Source: Pelagibacterales bacterium SAG-MED13
GTDB taxonomy: Bacteria > Pseudomonadota > Alphaproteobacteria > Pelagibacterales > Pelagibacteraceae
Direction: 5' to 3'
Assembly (NCBI GenBank): GCA_014654165.1
Contig: JACWDK010000001.1
Coordinates: forward strand, 70,430-134,429
DNA length: 64,000 nt
Under the pieces are notes generated by a model. That model was given only the letters and a program-made list of their open reading frames with translations, did not search any database and was not told the origin of the DNA. Below, in pieces: positions 9,730-19,871 of the stretch. Position 1 is the first letter of the stretch; the number at the start of each line of letters is the position of its first letter. A program made the position numbers and the translations under genes.

Positions 9730-11298
9730 TGTTAAAAAGAATAATAACTTTGTTTAAATTAGCTAGAAAAGTAGCTAATTCAGATATATTAAATATAACT
9801 TCAAAATTTCAAAAACCACCTTTATCAGTTAAAATCTTATTTAAGATTTTATCACTATCTATTTCTTCAAAAAAACAAATCGATGTTAATAATGATGAGG
9901 GTGTAAGATTGTCTACTACACTAGAGTCCATGGGGACGACCTTTATCAAACTAGGACAATTTTTAGCTACAAGACCAGATATAATTGGTGATGATCTTTC
10001 AAGTAAACTTGAAAATCTTCAAGATAAATTACCTCCGTTTTCGTTAATGCAAGCCAAAGAAATAATTAAGAATGATTTAGGAAATGATACTTATAATTCT
10101 ATAATTCATCTTAGTGCCCCAGTAGCTGCAGCCTCTATAGCTCAAGTTCATAAAGCACAAATAAATGACAATGGAACAATAAAAGATGTAGCTATCAAAA
10201 TATTACGACCTAACATAAAGAAAATATTTAATGAAGAAATAGATGCGATGATGCTATTTGCTTTTATAATTGAATCTTTGGTTAAAAAAACCAAACGACT
10301 TAAATTATTTGAAGTGGTATTTTTATTAAAAGAAATAACAAACCTCGAAATGGATCTTAGATTTGAAGCAGCGGCGGCAAATGAATATGCAGAAAATACA
10401 AAAAATGATGTTGGATTTAGAGTTCCACAAATTTATTGGAATTTTACAAGTGAGAATGTGATGACACTAGATTGGATTGATGGAGTGTCTATAAGGGAAA
10501 CAGAAGAGCTTAAGAAAAAAAATTTTAATACTAAAAAAATTGCTGAAGATATTATTCAAAATTTTTTAAGACATGCTGTTAGAGATGGTTTTTTTCACGC
10601 TGATATGCATCAGGGTAATATATTTATAGATAATAATGGTCATATTGTACCAATTGATTTTGGAATTATGGGTAGATTAGATAAAATGAGTAAAAGATTT
10701 CTAGCAGAAATATTATTTGGTTTTATTCAAAGAGATTATCGGAAAGTCGCTGAAGTACATTTGGTAGCAGGATTGGTACCTAAAGATGTTCCAATTGATG
10801 ACCTAGCTCAAGCCCTAAGATCAATTGGGGAACCAATTTTTGGGCAAACAGTTAAAGATATTTCAGGAGGAAAATTGTTAAAACAATTGTTCGATGTTAC
10901 AGAAAAATTTAATATGCAGACCCAGCCACAACTTCTTATGCTTCAAAAAAACAATGGTGGTAGTAGAAGGAGTTGCAAGAAAATTAAACCCAAATACAAA
11001 TATTTGGACTACATCAAGGCCCGTTCTTGAAAATTGGTTGAAAGAAACAAAAGATCCTATGACAACAATAACAGAGACTCTACAAAATACATCAGAAGTA
11101 ATCAAAAGGTTACCAGAATTTCCTCAAATAATGGATAAGGCAAATCAAGCGCTTACATATTTAGCAAGTGGACAAATTCCCCAAAATTCTAATTCGTATA
11201 CAGCTTTAAATACAAAAAAAACTGAAATGATTACTTTTAGAAACCAGTCTATTATTGGTTTATTAGCTCTTGTAATTTTTGGACTATTGGTATTTTAA
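9729..11298 (+). pseudogene. ubiB: UbiB kinase-like protein with a +1 frameshift in an A7 run (10945-10951); possibly a sequencing artefact
   Basis: IKLGQFLATRPD, AASIAQVH, FFHADMHQGN, DFGIMG. LLMLQK in one frame continues as TMVVVEGVAR in the next; removing one A restores a 522-aa ORF. Confidence 0.9.
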
Positions 11299-11306
11299 TT
11301 CACTCG

Positions 11307-12512
11307 ATGAAAGATTTAACAAATAAAAAAATTTTATTTATAATTTGTGGTGGAGTTTCTGCTTACAAAAGTCTTGAGACAATTAGGTTGTTTAAGAAAA
11401 ATAATGCAGAGATAAAAACTATTCTTACTAAAAGTGCGAAAGAATTTGTAACCCCTTTGTCAATCACCTCTTTATCACAAGGAAAAGTTTATGATGATCT
11501 TTTTAACTTAGAAAATGAGATGGAAATGGATCATATTGCTTTATCTAGATGGGCAGATGTAATCATTGTTGCTCCAATCACGGCAAATACTTTGGCCAAA
11601 TTTAGTCAGGGTTATTCAGAAGATTTAGCTTCTACTGTTGTTCTTGCCTCAAATAAACAAGTATTTTTAGTCCCTGCAATGAATGTGAGAATGTGGGAGC
11701 ATCAATCAACTAAAGATAATGTAAAAAAATTAAAAAACTATGGTTACAAATTTATTGGCCCAATTACCGGTGATATGGCTTGTGGTGAATATGGTGAAGG
11801 AAAAATGTCAGAACCGAAAGTAATATTCGATAAAATTTATAATTTTTTATCTAATCAAATTAAAAATAAGAAGATAAAGGTCTTAGTTACTGCAGGCCCA
11901 ACGAATGAATATATCGATCCTGTAAGGTTCATAACAAACAGATCAAGTGGAAAACAAGGATATGAAATTGCAAAATCATTAACTAAAAGAGGTTTTGATA
12001 CAACATTAATATCTGGACCAACTAACTTAAATGTTGAAGATGATATAAATCTAATCAAAGTAGAAACTGCACAAGAAATGTTTCTAGCAACTCAACAAAG
12101 TTTACCAACTGATATAGCAATATTTTCAGCGGCTGTGGCTGACTTTAAAGTTAGTAAACAAGATAAAGATAAAATCAAAAAAAAAGTAAAAATGACTTTA
12201 GATTTAGAGGAGAATATAGATATATTAAACTATATATCTAATCATAACTCTATGAGACCAAAGTTAGTTATTGGTTTTGCTGCTGAGACAAAAAACTTAG
12301 ATAACAATGCCATTTCAAAATTAAAAAATAAAAATTGTGATTGGATCATAGCTAACGATGTTTCTAAAAAAAATATTGGCTTTAACTCAGATTATAATGA
12401 GGTAACTATACATTTTAAAGATGATACTAGAAAAAAAGAGAAAATTTCAATGAGAAAAAAATCCGAGATATCAGAAGAAATTGTTGATAAAATTGTTTCA
12501 CAAATCAATTAA
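11307..12512 (+). CDS. coaBC: Phosphopantothenoylcysteine decarboxylase/ligase
   Basis: PAMNVRMW, ACGEYGEG, TAGPT..IDPVRFITNRSSGKQG. Confidence 0.96.
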   Translation: MKDLTNKKILFIICGGVSAYKSLETIRLFKKNNAEIKTILTKSAKEFVTPLSITSLSQGKVYDDLFNLENEMEMDHIALSRWADVIIVAPITANTLAKFSQGYSEDLASTVVLASNKQVFLVPAMNVRMWEHQSTKDNVKKLKNYGYKFIGPITGDMACGEYGEGKMSEPKVIFDKIYNFLSNQIKNKKIKVLVTAGPTNEYIDPVRFITNRSSGKQGYEIAKSLTKRGFDTTLISGPTNLNVEDDINLIKVETAQEMFLATQQSLPTDIAIFSAAVADFKVSKQDKDKIKKKVKMTLDLEENIDILNYISNHNSMRPKLVIGFAAETKNLDNNAISKLKNKNCDWIIANDVSKKNIGFNSDYNEVTIHFKDDTRKKEKISMRKKSEISEEIVDKIVSQIN

Positions 12513-12949
12513 TGGTCAAAGTTCTTATAAAAAAGTTAAGTCCTGAAGTAAAACTACCTGAGTACAAAACAATTGGGTCTTCTGGAATGGACCTTATTGC
12601 ATTTATTGAAAATACTATAAATGTGAAACCAAAACATTCTTATTTAGTATCCACTGGATTATCTGTTGCATTCTCAAATAATTATGAAATTCAAATTAGA
12701 CCTAGATCTGGTCTAGCAGCGAAAAATAAAATTAGTGTTTTAAATACTCCAGGCACTATAGATAGTGACTATAGAGGAGAAATCAAAGTAATCATTTTTA
12801 ATCATGGAGATAAGGATTTTATAATAAATAATGGTGATAGAATTGCACAAATGGTATTATCACCTATCGTAAAAATAGAATTAGAAGAAACAAATGATTT
12901 GCCAAAAACTATTAGGGGATTGGGTGGATTTGGCTCAACAGGTAAATGA
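12512..12949 (+). CDS. dut: dUTP pyrophosphatase
   Basis: RPRSGLA, GTIDSDYRGE, RIAQ, RGLGGFGSTG. Confidence 0.97.
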   Translation: MVKVLIKKLSPEVKLPEYKTIGSSGMDLIAFIENTINVKPKHSYLVSTGLSVAFSNNYEIQIRPRSGLAAKNKISVLNTPGTIDSDYRGEIKVIIFNHGDKDFIINNGDRIAQMVLSPIVKIELEETNDLPKTIRGLGGFGSTGK

Positions 12950-13692
12950 GTTTAAAGTTAGATAAAAATCAAATTGAAAGATTTTCAAGACAGATAATCC
13001 TTAAAAATATCGGAATAATGGGACAAAAAAAAATTATCCAATCCAAAGTTTTAATTGTTGGAATGGGGGGCTTAGGATGCCCAGTTGCTGAATTTTTAAC
13101 CAGAGCAGGTATTGGTTTTTTAGGAATTGTTGATCCTGATAATATTGATGTATCAAATATTCACCGCCAAAGTCTTTATGATGTTTGTGACCTTAAAAAA
13201 TCTAAAGTTATAATTGCTAAAAAAAAATTAAAAAAAATAAATCCCAAAATAAAAATTAGTTGCTACAAAATAAGACTTAATAAAAAAAATTATAATAAAA
13301 TAATAAAAAAATATGATTATATTGTTGATGGTTCAGATAATTTTCAAACTAAATTTTTAATAAATGATTTTTGTAAAAATAAAAGAAAGTTTTTAGTAAC
13401 AGGGGCTATCAATAAGTTTGATGGTCATATTTTTACATTTGATTTTAAAAATAAAAAAACACCTTGTATAAGAAGTTTCTTTCAAGAAAAAAATGTTTCG
13501 GATGATATAATGAATTGTGAATATGAGGGAATTTTAGGTACTGTAGCAGGTATAATTGGAACAATTCAAGCAAATGAAATTTTAAAAAAAATTTTAAATA
13601 TTGGTAAAAGTTTAAATGGAAACATTTTAATTCTAGATTTACTAAATCTTAATTTTAGAAAAGTAAAATTAAATAAACTTAAAAATGTTTAG
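12946..13692 (+). CDS. HesA/MoeB/ThiF-family adenylyltransferase
   Basis: RFSRQIIL, VGMGGLGCP, SNIHRQ, DGSDNF. Confidence 0.9.
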   Translation: MSLKLDKNQIERFSRQIILKNIGIMGQKKIIQSKVLIVGMGGLGCPVAEFLTRAGIGFLGIVDPDNIDVSNIHRQSLYDVCDLKKSKVIIAKKKLKKINPKIKISCYKIRLNKKNYNKIIKKYDYIVDGSDNFQTKFLINDFCKNKRKFLVTGAINKFDGHIFTFDFKNKKTPCIRSFFQEKNVSDDIMNCEYEGILGTVAGIIGTIQANEILKKILNIGKSLNGNILILDLLNLNFRKVKLNKLKNV

Positions 13693-14143
13693 AAAAATAT
13701 ATATTAATAAAGTTTTAATAATTTTCTTCTCCTTGTTTTTTTTCTCATCTGCTTGTTCTGAAGACATTTTTTTATCCTTAAAAAAAAATAAAGTTAATGT
13801 AAGATATGGTCCAAGTTTCGAGTTTCCTATTAAATATATATATAAAAAAATTGATCTTCCTATTAAACAAATTGATAAAAAAGATAACTGGAGAAGAATA
13901 ATTGATATGAAAAATAACAGTGGATGGATTCATTGGTCACAATTAAAACCTGTAAATTCAATTATACCTCTGAATGATAAACTTTTATTCGATAAACCAA
14001 CTATTTTTTCTAAACCTTTAGCAAAAATTAAAAGAGGTCGAGTGCTTATAATTCAAAAATGTAATTCTAAATGGTGTAAGGTTAAAACAAAAAAATTTAA
14101 TGGTTGGATTAAAAAAAATTACATTTGGGGAAAAATTAATTAA
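13685..14143 (+). CDS. Secreted bacterial SH3-domain protein (two SH3 repeats)
   Basis: Signal peptide, VNVRYGPS..., GWIH, WCKV...GWIKK. Confidence 0.85.
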   Translation: MFRKIYINKVLIIFFSLFFFSSACSEDIFLSLKKNKVNVRYGPSFEFPIKYIYKKIDLPIKQIDKKDNWRRIIDMKNNSGWIHWSQLKPVNSIIPLNDKLLFDKPTIFSKPLAKIKRGRVLIIQKCNSKWCKVKTKKFNGWIKKNYIWGKIN

Positions 14144-14170
14144 ATCTTTTATTTAATCAAAATTATCTAA

Positions 14171-14350
14171 TTATTTTTGTTGGGAACAAATATCTTTAAG
14201 AACTGGAACATTTGCGCAATCTAAGCACTTAGTTTTTTGAACTATACACCCATCATCAAGAACTTCTACATCTACAACCTTATTACACTTTGAGCACGTG
14301 GAAGAAATTGTTAACCCACATTTTTTACAATTATAGTTTTCTGTTTGCAC
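14171..14350 (-). CDS. Unannotated 59-aa Cys-rich putative metal-binding microprotein (3 CxxC plus 2 Cys)
   Basis: Hand translation from GTG 14350: MQTENYNCKKCGLTISSTCSKCNKVVDVEVLDDGCIVQKTKCLDCANVPVLKDICSQQK*. Fills an otherwise large gap in a streamlined genome. Confidence 0.7.
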   Translation of the reverse strand: MQTENYNCKKCGLTISSTCSKCNKVVDVEVLDDGCIVQKTKCLDCANVPVLKDICSQQK

Positions 14351-14395
14351 ATTATTAAATTAATTGTGTGAGACAGATATTCAAGAAAATTCTAT

Positions 14396-14414
14396 GAGAA
14401 TAATTATCATTAGC
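14396..14414 (-). promoter_or_regulatory. Fur box upstream of the Cys-rich ORF
   Basis: Minus strand GCTAATGATAATTATTCTC matches GATAATGATAATCATTATC at 16/19; 7-1-7 form TGATAAT-T-ATTCTCA; 45 bp upstream of the GTG. Confidence 0.65.
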
Positions 14415-14468
14415 ACATTTTTTTTGAAAATTACTATTATTACTGAAATCTTGTTGATTTAATTAAAT

Positions 14469-14708
14469 TTAATTTTTTGATTTACTAGCCCACCATTTAT
14501 CTAAAATAAAATACCAAACAGAGTTGGCAATTGGTTCTACAATTGCATCTGTTAAGGCTATTGCAAAAGAAACATCTGCTACTAGCATTAAAACACTTAT
14601 AGCAATTACAAAATGACCTATAGTATAAATAATTGTTCTTAAAATTGAGCCTTTATTATTTTTATATATACTTTCTGCTGCTTTAAATATACCTGAGGTT
14701 AATTCCAT
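14469..14708 (-). CDS. DUF2061-like small membrane protein
   Basis: LRTIIYTIGHFVIA...AIVEPIANSVWYFILDKWW two-TM pattern typical of DUF2061. Confidence 0.7.
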   Translation of the reverse strand: MELTSGIFKAAESIYKNNKGSILRTIIYTIGHFVIAISVLMLVADVSFAIALTDAIVEPIANSVWYFILDKWWASKSKN

Positions 14709-14709
14709 T

Positions 14710-15306
14710 TTATTTTTTGAAAGGGCTATCTAGAACACAGGCCACCAAATGAATTCTTGCTTGCTCACCACCATTGAAGAAATTATGATATTTTGTGTTA
14801 TTTGTTATCCACACTTTACCATTTGCTGGAAGGTGTTTAGCAACATTTTCTATTACCATAGAACAACCTTTATTAGTTATTATAGGTATATGAAGTCTAC
14901 ATTCTGGATCTTTATGCCAGCTTAAAGTAGATCTTGGCTCTTTAAGCAATAATCTTACCCTTCCTAATTTATATTTTTTGTTTAATGTCTCAAAAACTTC
15001 TTTAAAGTAAGTTTTCCTAAATTCTGGAACTAACTGCGTATACTTAGATTCATCTATATCAACATCTCTTGAAACCTCTTTTCCAGTATCATCAGCTATA
15101 GTCCAATATTTACCTCGTATATTATTTCCCGTTATAGAATTCTCATCATTAGGAATTTGGTTTATTGGTATTGCTCCAAAATGTGTAACTCCTGGAGAAT
15201 TAAATTTTTTTTCTTTTAATATCTTATTTAAATCAGTTCTTAATTTTGAAATATCAAAGCGCAAATTAGGAACTTCATAAAAATCTTCAAAACTAGTTGT
15301 TGTCAT
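14710..15306 (-). CDS. Aspartyl/asparaginyl beta-hydroxylase-like Fe(II)/2OG oxygenase
   Basis: RVRLL...WHKD (HxD), RLHIPI, YHNFFNGG (distal His), RIHLV (2OG-binding Arg). Confidence 0.8.
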   Translation of the reverse strand: MTTTSFEDFYEVPNLRFDISKLRTDLNKILKEKKFNSPGVTHFGAIPINQIPNDENSITGNNIRGKYWTIADDTGKEVSRDVDIDESKYTQLVPEFRKTYFKEVFETLNKKYKLGRVRLLLKEPRSTLSWHKDPECRLHIPIITNKGCSMVIENVAKHLPANGKVWITNNTKYHNFFNGGEQARIHLVACVLDSPFKK

Positions 15307-15325
15307 ATATCTTAAATAATTTAAA

Positions 15326-17563
15326 TTAATTTAATTTTAAATCAAATCTATCTGCATTCATAACTTTGACCCATGCCGCAACAAAGTCGCCTATAAACTT
15401 TTCTTCTGAGTCATCACAAGCGTATACTTCAGCTAAAGCTCTTAATTGAGAATTTGAACCAAAGATTAAGTCAACTCTAGTGCCTTTCCATTTAGCTTTA
15501 TTTGTATTTCTATCCATTCCAACAAATGTTTGTTCAGATTTATCAGTTTCTTTCCATGTTGTGTTCATGTCTAATAAATTTATGAAATAATCGTTAGTAA
15601 GTGCACCGGGTTTTTTTGTAAAAACTCCATGATTTGAATTATCAAAATTAGTATCTAACACACGCATTCCACCCATTAAGGCTGTCATTTCTGGAGCGGT
15701 AAGACCCATTAATTGAGCTTTATCAATTAATTTTTCTTCAGCAGAGACTATAGATTTACCACCATTTAAATAATTTCTAAAGCCATCTGCTTGGGGCTCT
15801 AATAATCCAAACGAGTTCACATCTGTTTGGTCTTGTCTTGCGTCGCCTCGCCCTGGTACAAATGGAACTTTAATTTTATGACCAGCTTTTTTAGCAGCCA
15901 TTTCTACTCCTACTCCTCCAGCTAAAACAATTAAATCTGCCATAGAGACAGTTTTCTTTTTATTATCAAATTGTTTTTTAATTTTTTTTAAGGCTGAAGT
16001 AATTTTTGAAAGTTTGGATGGATTATTAACTTTCCAATTCTTTTGTGGCTCTAGCATTATTCTTGCACCATTAGCTCCACCTCTTTTATCAGAACCTCTA
16101 AAAGTTGAAGCTGAAGCCCAAGCAGTAGAAACTAGGTCTGAAACCGATATTTTGGATCTTAATATTTTTATTTTCAAATCATTAATATCTTTGTTTTTTA
16201 ATTTGTATTTTGGTTTATCAATTGGATCTTGCCAAATTAGCTCCTCCTTTGGAACATCACTACCTAAATAACAAGCTCTTGGGCCCATATCTCTATGGGT
16301 TAGCTTAAACCATGCTCTCGCAAATGCATCATGAAACTCTTTTGGATTTTCATGAAAATGTTTTGTTATTGGACCGTAGTTAGGATCAACTTTCAATGAT
16401 ATGTCGGTTGTTTGCATCATTGGTGGATGAAGCATATTTTTATCATGAGCGTCAGGTACCATCTTTATTTCTTGTCCATTTTTCTTAGGTGTCCATTGAT
16501 GAGCTCCCGCTGGGCTCTTTGTTAATTCCCAATCATGACCATAAAGACAATCTAAATAACCCATGTCCCATTTAATTGGATTTTGTGTCCACGCACCTTC
16601 AATACCGCTACTAATTGTATCGATTCCTTTTCCAGATTTATAGCCACTGTTCCATCCTGTTGACTGATCTTGAATTTTTGATGCTTCAGGATCTGGACCT
16701 TTGTGAGACTCTGGAGCTGCTCCATGAGATTTACCAAACGTATGACCTCCTGCAACTAATGCAGCAGTTTCATAATCATTCATTGCCATTCTACCAAACG
16801 TTTCTCTAATGTCATGCGCTGCAAGCATAGGGTCTGGATTTGCATCAGGTCCTTGAGGATTTACATAAATAAGTCCCATATGTGAAGCTCCCAAAGGTTG
16901 TTCTAAATCTCTTTTTCCACTATATCTTTTAACATCCAACATTTCTTTTTCTGAACCCCAGTAAATATCATCTTCTGGTTCCCAAATATCTTCCCTGCCA
17001 GCTCCAAAACCAAATGTTTTAAAACCCATTGAATCTAAAGCTACATTACCAACTAATATAAAAAGATCTGCCCAAGAAATTTTTTTTCCATATTTTTGTT
17101 TAATCGGCCATAGAAGTAATCTTGCTTTATCTAAATTAACATTATCAGGCCAAGAATTTAAAGGTGCGAAACGTTGATTACCTGTACCAGCTCCACCTCG
17201 TCCATCGCCAGTTCTATATGTGCCTGCTGCGTGCCATGCAAGTCTGATAAATAATGGACCATAATGACCATAATCTGCTGGCCACCATTCTTGCGAATTG
17301 GTCATTAATTTTGTTAAATCTTTTTTAAGAGCTTTAAAGTTTAGTTTTTTAAACTCTTTTGAATATTTAAATTTTTTATCCATCGGGTTTGTTAAATTAG
17401 AGTGCTGACTTAAGATTTTTAAGTTCAAACTATTTGGCCAAAAATCTCTATTTGTTTGCCCTCTGCCGGCTGAGAATTTTGCAGGTGTTCCTGCTCCTGT
17501 GAAAGGACATTTGCCTAGTTCTTTAGCTTTAAAAGATTTGTCTTTAAAATTTTCAGTACTCAT
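15326..17563 (-). CDS. katG: Catalase-peroxidase
   Basis: [45 protein letters not shown]; two-domain 745 aa. Confidence 0.98.
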   Translation of the reverse strand: MSTENFKDKSFKAKELGKCPFTGAGTPAKFSAGRGQTNRDFWPNSLNLKILSQHSNLTNPMDKKFKYSKEFKKLNFKALKKDLTKLMTNSQEWWPADYGHYGPLFIRLAWHAAGTYRTGDGRGGAGTGNQRFAPLNSWPDNVNLDKARLLLWPIKQKYGKKISWADLFILVGNVALDSMGFKTFGFGAGREDIWEPEDDIYWGSEKEMLDVKRYSGKRDLEQPLGASHMGLIYVNPQGPDANPDPMLAAHDIRETFGRMAMNDYETAALVAGGHTFGKSHGAAPESHKGPDPEASKIQDQSTGWNSGYKSGKGIDTISSGIEGAWTQNPIKWDMGYLDCLYGHDWELTKSPAGAHQWTPKKNGQEIKMVPDAHDKNMLHPPMMQTTDISLKVDPNYGPITKHFHENPKEFHDAFARAWFKLTHRDMGPRACYLGSDVPKEELIWQDPIDKPKYKLKNKDINDLKIKILRSKISVSDLVSTAWASASTFRGSDKRGGANGARIMLEPQKNWKVNNPSKLSKITSALKKIKKQFDNKKKTVSMADLIVLAGGVGVEMAAKKAGHKIKVPFVPGRGDARQDQTDVNSFGLLEPQADGFRNYLNGGKSIVSAEEKLIDKAQLMGLTAPEMTALMGGMRVLDTNFDNSNHGVFTKKPGALTNDYFINLLDMNTTWKETDKSEQTFVGMDRNTNKAKWKGTRVDLIFGSNSQLRALAEVYACDDSEEKFIGDFVAAWVKVMNADRFDLKLN

Positions 17564-17601
17564 TCTATTCCTTTTGAATTTGCGATTAATATAATAATTC
17601 T

Positions 17602-17630
17602 AGTTTATAATGATTCTAAAAAAGTGTCAA
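17602..17630 (-). promoter_or_regulatory. katG sigma70 promoter (TTGACA-N17-TAAACT) overlapped by an Irr/ICE box (17604-17620)
   Basis: Minus strand TTGACActttTTTAGAATCATTATAAACT; ICE consensus TTTAGAA-N3-TTCTAAA with one mismatch. Confidence 0.7.
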
Positions 17631-17663
17631 TTGGTTTAAAATGACGCTAAATTCTTTAAAGAA

Positions 17664-18062
17664 TTAATCTTCTAGTTTAACTAGAACTTCAACAGATTTA
17701 ATTTTTTTACCATCTATTTTCTTTAAAATATTTATTGGTCCAACATCTGAATTTTCTAAATCAATTAGTTTTTCATCTTTTAAATCATAAAAATGATGAT
17801 GATCTGTTACGTTAGTATCAAAATAAGTTTGATTAGAGTTAATTGGAATTTGCTTCAAATAACCCTTTTTCTCAAAAGCATGGACTGTATTATAAACTGT
17901 AGCGAGTGATATTTTATTATTTATCTGTTTCTTAATTTTTTGCTCTAACTCGTTGATCGTGAAATGAAATGTTTTATCTCTATCGAATAAGACTTCACAT
18001 ATTTGAAGTCTTTGTTTTGTGGGTCGCAACCCAGAATTTCTTAATTTTTCTATATATTTCAC
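17664..18062 (-). CDS. irr: Iron response regulator Irr (Fur family)
   Basis: GLRPTKQR, SLATVYNT, YFDTNVTDHHHFY (Irr HHH motif); conserved divergent position next to fabA. Confidence 0.9.
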   Translation of the reverse strand: MKYIEKLRNSGLRPTKQRLQICEVLFDRDKTFHFTINELEQKIKKQINNKISLATVYNTVHAFEKKGYLKQIPINSNQTYFDTNVTDHHHFYDLKDEKLIDLENSDVGPINILKKIDGKKIKSVEVLVKLED

Positions 18063-18080
18063 TATTTGACCATATTGTTA

Positions 18081-18097
18081 GTTAAAATTATTCTAAA
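18081..18097. promoter_or_regulatory. Second ICE-like Irr box, in the irr/fabA divergent region
   Basis: Minus strand TTTAGAA-TAA-TTTTAAC (two mismatches), within the extended dyad TAGTT...AACTA. Confidence 0.5.
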
Positions 18098-18156
18098 CTA
18101 CTATTATAACTATATTATATGATGTTAAAATCAAGTAAATAAGAATACTCAATCTT

Positions 18157-18657
18157 ATGAAAAAAAACTCCTACTCATTTAATGAGCTAATTAATTGTGG
18201 TGAAGGTAAATTATTTGGCTCAGGTAATGCTAAATTACCTCTTCCACCCATGCTAATGTTTGATAGAATTACTGAAATTACAAGTGAACAAGGGGCATTT
18301 AAAAAAGGCTCATTAAAAGCAGAGTTGGACATTAAAAAAGACCTTTGGTTTTTTGATTGTCATTTTAAAGAAGATCCTGTTATGCCTGGATGCCTTGGTC
18401 TTGATGCTATGTGGCAATTAGTGGGTTTTTATTTAGGCTGGATTGGAAATCCAGGAAAAGGTAGGGCTTTAGGAGTTGGAACTGTAAAATTTACAGGAGA
18501 AGTCCTGCAAAATGTAAAATTAGTAAGATATGAGATTGATATGAAAAAAATTATGTCTCCTGGAGGTACAACTGTAGGACTAGCTAACGGTGTAGTTTTC
18601 GCAGATAATAAAAAAATATACACTGCAGATAGTTTAAAAGTAGGATTGTTTAAATGA
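18157..18657 (+). CDS. fabA: 3-hydroxydecanoyl-ACP dehydratase/isomerase
   Basis: [35 protein letters not shown]. Confidence 0.97.
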   Translation: MKKNSYSFNELINCGEGKLFGSGNAKLPLPPMLMFDRITEITSEQGAFKKGSLKAELDIKKDLWFFDCHFKEDPVMPGCLGLDAMWQLVGFYLGWIGNPGKGRALGVGTVKFTGEVLQNVKLVRYEIDMKKIMSPGGTTVGLANGVVFADNKKIYTADSLKVGLFK

Positions 18658-19868
18658 TGAGAAGAGTGGTAATTACTGGTATAGGAATTGTATCATGTCT
18701 AGGGAATAATCAAGAAGAAGTTCATCAATCTCTTTTAAATTCGAAATCAGGATTATCATTTAGTGAAGAATATAAAGAGCATAACTTAAAGAGTCATGTT
18801 CATGGCAAACCAAAAATAAAACTTGAAGATCACATAGATCGAAAAACAATTAGATTTATGGGATCGGGATCAGCCTATAACTATATTGCAATGAAAGAGG
18901 CTATAGAAGACTCTGGATTAGAGGAAAAAGAAATAAGTAATTTTAAAACAGGAATTGTTATGGGTTCAGGTGGACCTTCAATTGAAAATGTAATTTTAGC
19001 TGCTGATAAAACTAGAGCGAAAACTCCAAAATTAATGGGACCATTTATTGTTCCAAGAACAATGGCAAGTACTGCATCAGCAACTCTTGCCGTGCCATTT
19101 AAAATTAAAGGCACTAACTACACAATGAGTTCTGCTTGTGCAACGAGTGGGCATTGTATTGGAAATTCTATGGAATTAATTCAAATGGGTAAACAAGATA
19201 TTGTATTTGCTGGTGGTAGTGAAGAAATTCATTGGGCAATGACTGCAATGTTTGATGCTATGACTGCTTTATCGTCAAAATATAATGACACACCAGAAAC
19301 TGCATCAAGAGCATATGACAAAACAAGAGATGGTTTTGTAATTGCTGGTGGTGGTGGAGTATTGGTGCTTGAAGAATACGAACATGCTAAAGCCAGAGGT
19401 GCGAAAATATATGCGGAATTAACCGGTTATGGAGCAACTTCGGATGGATACGATATGGTGGCACCATCAGGAGAAGGAGCTATAAGATGTATGAAAATGG
19501 CAATGGCAACAACGAAAAATAAAATTGATTATATTAATACTCATGGAACATCAACTCCTGTTGGCGACATTACTGAATTAAATGCTGTTAAAGATACTTT
19601 TGGTGATAATATTCCAAAAATAAGCTCTACTAAGTCTTTATCAGGGCATCCATTAGGAGCTGCATCGGTACATGAAGCAATCTATTGTTTAATTATGATG
19701 AAAAATAATTTCATCGCTGGATCAGCAAATATAAATGAAATAGATGAAGAGGCTAAAAATTTTCCTATAATTTCAAAAACTGAGACAGGAACAACTTTAA
19801 ATACAGTTATGTCTAATAGTTTTGGTTTTGGTGGAACTAATGCAGCTTTAATTTTTGAAAAGGTTTAA
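18654..19868 (+). CDS. fabB: Beta-ketoacyl-ACP synthase I
   Basis: [30 protein letters not shown]; fabA-fabB-fabI order. Confidence 0.96.
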   Translation: MMRRVVITGIGIVSCLGNNQEEVHQSLLNSKSGLSFSEEYKEHNLKSHVHGKPKIKLEDHIDRKTIRFMGSGSAYNYIAMKEAIEDSGLEEKEISNFKTGIVMGSGGPSIENVILAADKTRAKTPKLMGPFIVPRTMASTASATLAVPFKIKGTNYTMSSACATSGHCIGNSMELIQMGKQDIVFAGGSEEIHWAMTAMFDAMTALSSKYNDTPETASRAYDKTRDGFVIAGGGGVLVLEEYEHAKARGAKIYAELTGYGATSDGYDMVAPSGEGAIRCMKMAMATTKNKIDYINTHGTSTPVGDITELNAVKDTFGDNIPKISSTKSLSGHPLGAASVHEAIYCLIMMKNNFIAGSANINEIDEEAKNFPIISKTETGTTLNTVMSNSFGFGGTNAALIFEKV

Positions 19869-19871
19869 TTT

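Noticed and set aside
10894-11298. Independent 134-aa gene after ubiB
   Set aside because: It is the frameshifted C-terminal part of UbiB
14144-17663. katG region as a mobile element or prophage
   Set aside because: No integrase, transposase, tRNA target or flanking direct repeats were seen
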